A program made the translations under genes and the position numbers. The notes under the pieces are model-generated. The model worked only from the letters and a program-made list of their open reading frames with translations. It was not told where the DNA came from and searched no databases. From the NCBI GenBank assembly GCA_963813025.1, contig CAWEXO010000005.1, positions 128,001 to 192,000 of the forward strand: 64,000 nucleotides of DNA, in the 5' to 3' direction. The stretch is from an uncultured Verrucomicrobiae bacterium. Lineage in GTDB: Bacteria; Verrucomicrobiota; Verrucomicrobiia; Chthoniobacterales; JAFAMB01. Below, in pieces: positions 8,957 to 16,470 of the stretch (its first letter is position 1; every line of letters begins with the position of its first letter).

Positions 8957-10300
8957 ATGAAATGCTCCTCCCGCCCAAAAAACAATTGTTGGCTCTTGGG
9001 TTCGTTGATTCTGTTTGCCCTCGGCACAGCAGCTTTGGCCGCTCCGATTACGGTGCACTGGTTGACCCTATCTGATGGACAGTGGCCCAGCAGCGCGGGC
9101 AAGGTCATCGCCGCATTTGAGGCGAAAAACCCAGACGTCAAGGTCGTCATGGATAATTATCCCTTCCGTCAACTTTTCGAAACTATCGAAGTCCGGATGA
9201 AAGCCCAGTCAGCAGATATCGACATTCTCAGCGTCGATGTGCCTCTGGTGGCCTCCTACGCGGTTCGTGGTTATCTGGCTCCCCTCAACCAGTATTTCTC
9301 GCCGGAGGAACTAAACAGCACTTGGGTTGCCGCATCGAAACAGGCTGGCACTTACAACGGTGAACTACTGGCAGCGCCGCAGAACACGTCCACTCAATTC
9401 ATGTACGTCAATCTCAAACTATTTCGCGAGGCGGGAATACCTGCTCCCGATAGCATCACCGCCGCTAAACCGGTAACCGCCGAAAGTGTCGCGACATTGG
9501 CGGAGCAGCACCGATGGACTTGGGAAAAGGTGGTTGATGCAGCAAAGAAACTTACTAAAAATGGACCCGACGGGCAGGTCTGGGGTATGGAGTTCGACCA
9601 GGTCAGTCGACTTTATCAACTACAGGCACTCGGTGAGTCACTAGGTGGTCGCCTCGTGAGTGAAGATGGACTAAAAGCCTCTGGATATTTCGACGGTGAA
9701 GCTTGGAGGAAAGCAGCCAAATGGTACTGGTCGCTTTTCAACGAGTGGAAAGTGAGTCCTAAGGGAGTTCCTCCCGCTGAGTCTCCCAATCTTTTTGCCG
9801 GAAACAAGGTGGCACTTTTTGTGGGAGGGGAATGGAACATTCCGATCTTCAAGAAGGCAGGCGTCGAGTTCGGTGTAGCGCCGCATCCTTATTTTGCCGG
9901 GCACAAACCGGTGACTGGCACTGGAAGCTGGCATATTGGGTTGAATAAAGCCTCAAAGAACAAAGACGCTGCTGGCAAATTCATCCACTTCATCACAGCC
10001 GATGACCAGGGAACACGTATCTGGTTTGAATCGCAGGGACAGTTGCCCGCGACAGAAAAACTCCTGTCAGCAATCGAGAACTCAGACCGATATAGTCAGT
10101 TTCCTGAAAATGCGTATCTCCTGGGCGTGTATGAGGCCAGGCACACGGCTGTTCCTCGGCCGCAAACACCCGGATACCTTCAGTTAGAGGACATCTTCGC
10201 GTCCACGTTTGAAGATATCCGCAACGGTGCCCAGCCCGACGAGGTTTTGACGCCAGCCGCTCACCGGGTCGACCGCTTCTTAGCACAGTTCCGCAAGTAG
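8957..10300 (+). CDS. Carbohydrate ABC transporter (CUT1) substrate-binding protein
   Basis: Signal peptide, SBP_bac_1-like pattern, followed by two permeases. Confidence 0.88.
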   Translation: MKCSSRPKNNCWLLGSLILFALGTAALAAPITVHWLTLSDGQWPSSAGKVIAAFEAKNPDVKVVMDNYPFRQLFETIEVRMKAQSADIDILSVDVPLVASYAVRGYLAPLNQYFSPEELNSTWVAASKQAGTYNGELLAAPQNTSTQFMYVNLKLFREAGIPAPDSITAAKPVTAESVATLAEQHRWTWEKVVDAAKKLTKNGPDGQVWGMEFDQVSRLYQLQALGESLGGRLVSEDGLKASGYFDGEAWRKAAKWYWSLFNEWKVSPKGVPPAESPNLFAGNKVALFVGGEWNIPIFKKAGVEFGVAPHPYFAGHKPVTGTGSWHIGLNKASKNKDAAGKFIHFITADDQGTRIWFESQGQLPATEKLLSAIENSDRYSQFPENAYLLGVYEARHTAVPRPQTPGYLQLEDIFASTFEDIRNGAQPDEVLTPAAHRVDRFLAQFRK

Positions 10301-10303
10301 CAC

Positions 10304-11179
10304 ATGAAGTCGAAAAGCGGCACGATTTTCGCCTACGTGCTGCTGGCGCCCGCTCTGCTATGTCTGGGTCTTTTTCGGTTGTACCCGATCGGGCTGACTG
10401 CGTGGGGGAGCCTCACTCAGGAGTCCTTCGAAAAGGTCGGGCAGACTGTTTTTGTGGGTCTGCAAAATTATATCGATCTCTTTGGTGATTCGCTCTTCTG
10501 GAAATCCCTGTGGGTGACGCTCAAACTCAACCTGGTGATCAATCCAATCCAGGTGTCGTTGGCTCTGGGACTGGCCCTCATGGTGAACCAGCGCTTTCGA
10601 ACAATCGCCGTTTACCGGCTACTCTTTTTTTTACCGATCGGGGTGTCTTTGCCGATCGCCTGCATCGTGTGGAGTTTGATGTTAGACCCAAATGCCGGTT
10701 TGGTGAATTCAATTTTGGCGAGACTTGGTATCGATAAGCAGCCGTTTCTGATCAGCGAAGGTCAAGCGCTTTGGAGTATAGTCCTGATCGCTACCTGGAA
10801 GGGAGTGAGTTTCTGGATGATTTTCTTGTGGGCTGGTTTGCAGGCTATCCCTCTCGAACTTTACGAGGCAGCGCGGATCGATGGTGCCCGAAGCTTTCGT
10901 CGCTTCTGGCAGATCACACTTCCTCTCCTTAGGAAGCCACTGCTTTTTGTCTTGGTCACTGATACCGCTGTCAATTTCCTGCTTTTTGTTCCGATGTTCT
11001 TACTTACCCGGGGCGGACCTGCTTACTCGACCAATGTCTTAATGTACGAGGCTTATAAGTCAGGATTTATTTACGGGGAAATGGGGCGCGCTCTCGCCAT
11101 TGTCATGGTGCTTCTTGCCTTGGTGACGGCGACGGTCATCCTCCAATTTCGACTACTCAGGCAGGAGGAGCAGGCGTGA
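10304..11179 (+). CDS. Carbohydrate ABC transporter permease
   Basis: EAA motif LYEAARIDGA, TM helices. Confidence 0.92.
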   Translation: MKSKSGTIFAYVLLAPALLCLGLFRLYPIGLTAWGSLTQESFEKVGQTVFVGLQNYIDLFGDSLFWKSLWVTLKLNLVINPIQVSLALGLALMVNQRFRTIAVYRLLFFLPIGVSLPIACIVWSLMLDPNAGLVNSILARLGIDKQPFLISEGQALWSIVLIATWKGVSFWMIFLWAGLQAIPLELYEAARIDGARSFRRFWQITLPLLRKPLLFVLVTDTAVNFLLFVPMFLLTRGGPAYSTNVLMYEAYKSGFIYGEMGRALAIVMVLLALVTATVILQFRLLRQEEQA

Positions 11180-12009
11180 GAACCAGTTTTAAACTAATCA
11201 GCACTCACCTATTCTATTTGGCAGCAGGTTTTGTCTTTTTGCTGCCACTTTGGTGGGCTTTCACATCTTCGCTGAAACCGCTTTCGGAAATTTTCGCAGA
11301 CGTTTCGCCATTCAGACTGCAAGCGCTTCTACCGACATCTCTGAATTTCAATGCTTATTACAACATTTTTCAAAAGGGATTTGGTCTGGCAATCTTCAAT
11401 AGCCTGGTCGTGTCCGGATTTTCGGTCGTTCTCGGCCTTCTCGTCAATGGCTCTGCTGGCTTCGCCTTCGCCGTGCTGCGCTTCCCGGGACGCAACCTGC
11501 TTTTTGGTCTAACGGTTTTGACCTTTCTTGTTCCTTCTGAAGCGATCGCGGTACCCCTTTATCGGGTGATACGTGATCTCGGATGGCTCGACTCCTATGC
11601 TGGCCTGGTCGCACCGGCAGTGGCCAACGGAATCTGTATTTTCTTATTTAGACAGTTTTTCGCTCTGGTACCGCGCGAACTGGCAGAGGCGGCCCGTATG
11701 GATGGTGCAGGATGGCTAACCATTTTGGTGCGAATCTATGTTCCCCTCAGCGGCCCGGTTATCATCAGTGCGGGACTCCTGTTGTTCCTTTTTCAGTGGG
11801 AAGCGTTTCTTTGGCCTTTAATCGCTACTCGATCCGAAAATATGCGCGTGATTCAAGTGGCATTGGCCGGATTCGAGCAACAATATCAGACCTTGTGGAA
11901 CGAGTTGTTTGCTGCCTCAGTGATTTCAGCGGTGATCCCTTTATTGATCCTGTTGCCGCTCCAACGTTATTACATCCAAGGGGTCACTGGCGCTGCCGTG
12001 AAAGGGTGA
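11176..12009 (+). CDS. Carbohydrate ABC transporter permease
   Basis: ELAEAARMDGA; ends GVTGAAVKG. Confidence 0.92.
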   Translation: MRTSFKLISTHLFYLAAGFVFLLPLWWAFTSSLKPLSEIFADVSPFRLQALLPTSLNFNAYYNIFQKGFGLAIFNSLVVSGFSVVLGLLVNGSAGFAFAVLRFPGRNLLFGLTVLTFLVPSEAIAVPLYRVIRDLGWLDSYAGLVAPAVANGICIFLFRQFFALVPRELAEAARMDGAGWLTILVRIYVPLSGPVIISAGLLLFLFQWEAFLWPLIATRSENMRVIQVALAGFEQQYQTLWNELFAASVISAVIPLLILLPLQRYYIQGVTGAAVKG

Positions 12010-12019
12010 GGTAAAATAC

Positions 12020-12898
12020 GTGCTTATGATGAGACCCGTAATTCTGGACACCGATATCGGCAGCGACGTCGACGATTTGCTGGCGCTGATCTTTCTGCTC
12101 CGTTCCACGCAGATCGAACTACGTGGAATCTCAACCGTTTATGGCGATACGCTTCGCCGCGCTCGTTTGGCGAAAGCGGTTTGCCGGATGTTAACGGACC
12201 GGGATTTGCCCATCATACCGGGCGAAAAGACCACCCTGTCGGGCCGCCAGGTTTATTGGGCAGGTATTGAAGGCGAAGGAGTGCCAAACCTTGATCAAAT
12301 GGAGGTTGAAACAGGACTGTCTGCACCCGAGTTCCTTATCGGGCAATCCCGCGACACGCAGGGAGAGCTGGAGATTTTGGCGATCGGCCCATTGACCAAT
12401 CTGGCTCGGGCGATTGAACAAGATTCAAGCTTCGTCAGTCGCGTAAAGCACTTACATCTCATGGGAGGTGCATTCTACAGCCCACGTCCTGAGCACAATA
12501 TCCGGTGCGATATTCTGGCGGCCAAACGAGTCTTTGGTTCGGGAATACCAATTACGGCGATCGGATTGGATGTCACAACAATTCCATCCATTACTGAAGC
12601 CGAGGTGATCCGGCTAGAGAGATCAAAGCATCCGGTCGGTCAGCTGGCTGCCGACCAAATCAGACGTTGGTGGATCTTTCGCAATGCAGCGATGAATCAT
12701 CCGCATGACCCGTTGGCCGCACTAAGCATGGAACGTCCTGACCTTTTTCGATTCGAGAAATGTTCAGTCGAGGTGGAGCTCGAGGGTTTGCACTACGGGA
12801 TTACCCGAAGAATTAAGGGACCGGGAACAACTCAAGTAGCCAGTGACGTTTTTCCGCGTACCGCACTCAACGAAATAATCAGTCGGCTTGAAAGTTGA
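12020..12898 (+). CDS. Nucleoside hydrolase (IU-NH family)
   Basis: DTDIGSDVDD, IGPLTNLA, EHNI, HDPLA motifs. Confidence 0.9.
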   Translation: MLMMRPVILDTDIGSDVDDLLALIFLLRSTQIELRGISTVYGDTLRRARLAKAVCRMLTDRDLPIIPGEKTTLSGRQVYWAGIEGEGVPNLDQMEVETGLSAPEFLIGQSRDTQGELEILAIGPLTNLARAIEQDSSFVSRVKHLHLMGGAFYSPRPEHNIRCDILAAKRVFGSGIPITAIGLDVTTIPSITEAEVIRLERSKHPVGQLAADQIRRWWIFRNAAMNHPHDPLAALSMERPDLFRFEKCSVEVELEGLHYGITRRIKGPGTTQVASDVFPRTALNEIISRLES

Positions 12899-12967
12899 TG
12901 CCGCATATCGCCGATTTGAATTTTTAGTCGGCTACGATAATCAGATTACATGAGAGGAGGTTCCTAA

Positions 12968-13612
12968 ATGAAAAACGATTCGAATTTGAATGTTGAGATT
13001 CGGGACGTGACAGACGGCTTGTGGGTGTGGCGATTCGAAAATCCCTTCTGGAAGCCTGGTCTCGATTGGGAGCCTCTCACGACGTCAACATGCGTTGCGT
13101 CAGGAGGTGAGATCCTGGTTCTGGATCCGCAGGCCCCACCATTCGGCGCAGTTGAGGTGTGGGAACGGCTTGATGCACGTCCCCCGACCGCAGTTGTTAT
13201 TCTCAAGCCGGATCACGTTCGAGATGCTGATCTGTTCGTGCGCCGTTACGGTTCCCGTGCATTCGGGCCAAAACTCTTCTTTCGTGACGACGTTCCTGAG
13301 ACCCTGCTGGAGCCGATTGAGCCCGGGAGCAATCTTCCGGGAGGGATCATCGCCCTGTATGATGGACGGGGCGAAAATGAAACGCCGCTATGGTTGCCTG
13401 AACAGCGGGCCCTTGTTTTTGCTGATGCGCTGACAGCGCCCGGAGGGGAGCTACGAGTTTGGGGGACACCATGGCATGAAGAGCGTGTATTACCGGCATT
13501 ACGCCGGTTGCTTGAGCTGCCATTCGAATACGTGATCGTTTCACACGGCGAGCCGGTGCATACTCGCGCCGCTTATGAGCGTGCTCTCGAGCTGATCCCC
13601 TGGACTGGATAA
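12968..13612 (+). CDS. Metallo-beta-lactamase-fold hydrolase-like protein
   Basis: Degenerate MBL motifs (LKPDHVRD, VFADAL, VSHGEP). Confidence 0.65.
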   Translation: MKNDSNLNVEIRDVTDGLWVWRFENPFWKPGLDWEPLTTSTCVASGGEILVLDPQAPPFGAVEVWERLDARPPTAVVILKPDHVRDADLFVRRYGSRAFGPKLFFRDDVPETLLEPIEPGSNLPGGIIALYDGRGENETPLWLPEQRALVFADALTAPGGELRVWGTPWHEERVLPALRRLLELPFEYVIVSHGEPVHTRAAYERALELIPWTG

Positions 13613-13686
13613 ACGAGGCTCAAAGAAAGAGAGCGTCTCGGAACATTCTTGGGCTCTGTGCTGGTAGGGCAGTATCTGAGCAGGTC

Positions 13687-13692
13687 TGGCAA
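13687..13692 (-). promoter_or_regulatory. -35 half (TTGCCA) of circle-junction promoter
   Basis: On circularisation: TTGCCA-17 nt-TATAGC (15349-15354). Confidence 0.7.
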
Positions 13693-13701
13693 GGGAAAAA
13701 G

Positions 13702-14976
13702 TTAAAGTTTTTCACCGATTGGTGAGTGGCGTTTTTTGAGGACTTGGAGGTAGCGCTCTTCGTCATAAGGGGTGCGGTCCTGCCAGAGCCGGAAGATGAC
13801 GCGGATCCATTTAAAGGCCAAGGCGCGCACGGCAGTGTGGTGGGACTTACCGCGGGCCATTTGCTCTTGATAATAGAGCTTGGCCCATTGGGAATAAGGA
13901 ATGGAATGAGCCGCGAATTCGTGGAAGCTCTGGCACAGGAATTTGGAGCGAAAGCGCCGCCGCTGGACGCTTTTGGTTTGGCCGCTGCGCACTTGGACCG
14001 GAGCGATTCCGCTTTTTTTCTGTACCTCCAGGGCTTGGGCAAAAGCCTGCCGATTGGAGCCAAAAGCCACCAACAAGCGCGGGGCTAATTGCGGGCCGGC
14101 TCCGGGCAGACTTTCAAAAATGTGCCGATCGGGATGTTTGGCAAACAGAGTGTGGATGGCTTTGTCAAAAGCCTTGATGGAATCTCGCAGCGGCAACAAT
14201 TGACTGACCAAACACTTGCAACTCAGCACGGAGGGCTCCAGCAGAGAACGATCCTCGGTGACGGTTTGGGCCCGAGCAATCTTTTCCAAGCGCTCCTCGA
14301 TCAAGCTCTGGCTGCGGCTGTGGTGCTGATAAAAAAAAGAGCGCAGGGTCTGGGGCTTGGCTTTTTTTAAACTCTGCAGGGTCGGCCAGCGTTTCAAAAA
14401 ATGCAGCGCCAGAGTGGTGCCCAAATCATCGAGGAGCTCGAGGGCCAGCGGATAGTAGACTTTGAGTAAGCTGGTGAGTTGGTTTTCGCACACCACGGAG
14501 GCCTCGACGGCTTTGCGTCGGTGCTGACCGAGCAAATCCAGTTCCCGCACTACCGGCTCCGGGGGTTGATAAAGCCGGAGCCGATCCCGATGGTGATCAA
14601 CGAGCTCTTCGATCAATTGGCTGTCGCGAGGGTCATCCTTGGCGCCACTAGTAAAGAAGACCTTGCGGTATTCGCTTAAACTCAAAGGATTGAGCGGATA
14701 GAGGTCGATCCAGTCTCCCTGGGTGCGGAGCATTTCAAAGAGTGCTCCCCGATTTTGTTCAAAACCAATGGCCACCCGCCCCTGCGGACCAGCCAAGCTT
14801 TTGAGCTCTTCGAGCCAGGTCCGAACCGAAACGGGATCGGCGCCCAGCTGGAATGTCCGGCATCCTCCCTCCGGACCAGAGCGTTGACAGACAGCGTGTT
14901 CTTTATCAGCCCAATCGATTCCCACGCTGACCATATAATGGGGATCTGGGACCGGAAACGGATTTGATCGGTTCAT
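13702..14976 (-). CDS. IS110-family DEDD transposase/recombinase
   Basis: RuvC-like DEDD residues (VGIDWAD, GFEQ, KDDPRD), LPGAGPQLAPRL, and SGIAP...RSG with candidate catalytic Ser; RBS AAGGAG. Confidence 0.95.
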   Translation of the reverse strand: MNRSNPFPVPDPHYMVSVGIDWADKEHAVCQRSGPEGGCRTFQLGADPVSVRTWLEELKSLAGPQGRVAIGFEQNRGALFEMLRTQGDWIDLYPLNPLSLSEYRKVFFTSGAKDDPRDSQLIEELVDHHRDRLRLYQPPEPVVRELDLLGQHRRKAVEASVVCENQLTSLLKVYYPLALELLDDLGTTLALHFLKRWPTLQSLKKAKPQTLRSFFYQHHSRSQSLIEERLEKIARAQTVTEDRSLLEPSVLSCKCLVSQLLPLRDSIKAFDKAIHTLFAKHPDRHIFESLPGAGPQLAPRLLVAFGSNRQAFAQALEVQKKSGIAPVQVRSGQTKSVQRRRFRSKFLCQSFHEFAAHSIPYSQWAKLYYQEQMARGKSHHTAVRALAFKWIRVIFRLWQDRTPYDEERYLQVLKKRHSPIGEKL

Positions 14977-15000
14977 GCTTGCTCCTTTTTTCTGGTTTTA

Positions 15001-15345
15001 CCCAGCGCGAAAAAAGCCGCTTGGCTTTGGCCGTCCGAAATCCGTATAGTTAAGTCGTCGAAGTGTGAAGTGCTCGACCTCAACTAGAGTATTCGTTGTG
15101 ACGAATCAAAGCGCGACCGGCTGGCTCGAAACTCTGCCCTAAAGATCTCGCGGACCCGAAAATCCTATTCGTAGCCAGCCGGCGCGTCCTTCTTCGCGTG
15201 GGCAGCGCGGGATTTTGCCCGACTGCCCTTGGCAAAGAAAACCCTTTCTTTTTTCCAAAGCTTTCTTTTCTCCGGGCGGAGTTATTCACAAGCTGGAGCT
15301 CCGACCGGTAGGGCCTCCGACCACAGCTTGCTGAATAACTCCGGA
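15001..15345 (-). ncRNA. Putative bridge RNA (target- and donor-binding loops) in the IS110 left end
   Basis: Two stem-internal-loop-stem domains closed by stem 15001-15016/15189-15202; loop segments match the REP target (GGATTTTCG, TAGGGC) and the circle junction (ATACT, CTATAC). Confidence 0.8.
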
Positions 15346-15348
15346 CTT

Positions 15349-15354
15349 GCTATA
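15349..15354 (-). promoter_or_regulatory. -10 half (TATAGC) of circle-junction promoter
   Basis: First six bases of the IS left end; 17 nt from TTGCCA in the circle. Confidence 0.7.
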
Positions 15355-15445
15355 CGAAAATTCACTCGAGCGGCCGAGGCCATGTTGCGAGACACTCCCA
15401 GACCGTATTCCCTCCTTGCTCCTTAGAACTCTGGCTGTCGGCCTG

Positions 15446-16435
15446 CTATAAGGCATGCACTGCGCTGAGCTGTTCGTGAACAAATTTGATGCGGTTCACC
15501 AACGGACGCCCGAACACCGGAGAGCTGATCTCGACGACGTCTTCGTCCTGCATCCTGATTCCATTGGCGAAAGAAAGTGTGCCTGTTCCGAAGAAATGGA
15601 CATGAACATCGCCAGGCCGACGAAATTGCGGGTACTTGAACTGGTGATATTCAAGGTTTGCCAGAGAATGGCTCATGTTGTCTTCTCCGGACAAAAACGG
15701 CTTTTCCCAAAGTACTTTTCCGTTCCGGAGAATGCGGCTTACTCCCGCCACGTGAGCGGGCAAAGACCCGACCAGCAATTCGGGTCCTAACGCGGAGGGG
15801 CGTAGTTTCGAATGCGCCAGGTAAAGATAGTTCCGTCTCTCCATGACGTGATCGGACAATTCGTTGCCGAGGGCAAACCCGACACGGCAAGGCCGAGTAT
15901 CGGGTCCGATGAGATAGAGCCCGACAATCTCCGGTTCTTCGCCGGCATCCTCGCCGAAACCAGGAACCGATAGTGAAGCGCCTGGACGAGCGATGATGCT
16001 GCCGTCGCCTTTATAGAACCACTCTGGCTGCACTCCCGGCCGACCCTGTTGAGGTTTTCCTCCCTCAACTCCCCACCGAAACATTTTGAGCGAATCAGTC
16101 AATTCTTCTGCCGCTGCGCTGATCTTCTGGTGCATTTGGTCGCGAGTCGCCGCGCTCCCCAGATGGGTCAGACCGGTTCCAGTGACTAGACAATGTGCTG
16201 GATCAGGGTGATCCAGTGGCGGAAGAATTTTCTGCTCTGCTAATAATCGGCTGTACTCATGCGTTCCCGCGACTTGGCAATTCTCGATTTGTTGGGCCAG
16301 AGTTTTACCTGAACCGATTGCTTGCCAAGCCAAATCCCGGATCGATTCCAGGCCTGCGATTTCCAGCGCCTTTTCTTCGTCGATGATCGCCACGGCACGG
16401 GCGCCGTCCGCTTTTTCGAATTGGATTAAATTCAT
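15446..16435 (-). CDS. AraD1/GguC family (FAH superfamily) protein
   Basis: GTGLTHLGSA, QPEWFYKG, GEEPE, NYLYLAHSKLR motifs. Confidence 0.88.
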   Translation of the reverse strand: MNLIQFEKADGARAVAIIDEEKALEIAGLESIRDLAWQAIGSGKTLAQQIENCQVAGTHEYSRLLAEQKILPPLDHPDPAHCLVTGTGLTHLGSAATRDQMHQKISAAAEELTDSLKMFRWGVEGGKPQQGRPGVQPEWFYKGDGSIIARPGASLSVPGFGEDAGEEPEIVGLYLIGPDTRPCRVGFALGNELSDHVMERRNYLYLAHSKLRPSALGPELLVGSLPAHVAGVSRILRNGKVLWEKPFLSGEDNMSHSLANLEYHQFKYPQFRRPGDVHVHFFGTGTLSFANGIRMQDEDVVEISSPVFGRPLVNRIKFVHEQLSAVHAL

Positions 16436-16470
16436 AAGCTGAAGCCGGTCGGGCCGTTTCGAGCGGACTC

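Larger units (their letters stand above)
13671..15354 (-). mobile_element. IS110-family insertion sequence inserted in a REP repeat
   Basis: Removing 13671-15354 plus one junction base gives (minus) gctcgagtgaattttcG/ccctaccagcacagagcccaagaatgttccgag, matching the uninterrupted repeat at 60785-60842; no TIR or multi-base TSD. Confidence 0.92.
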
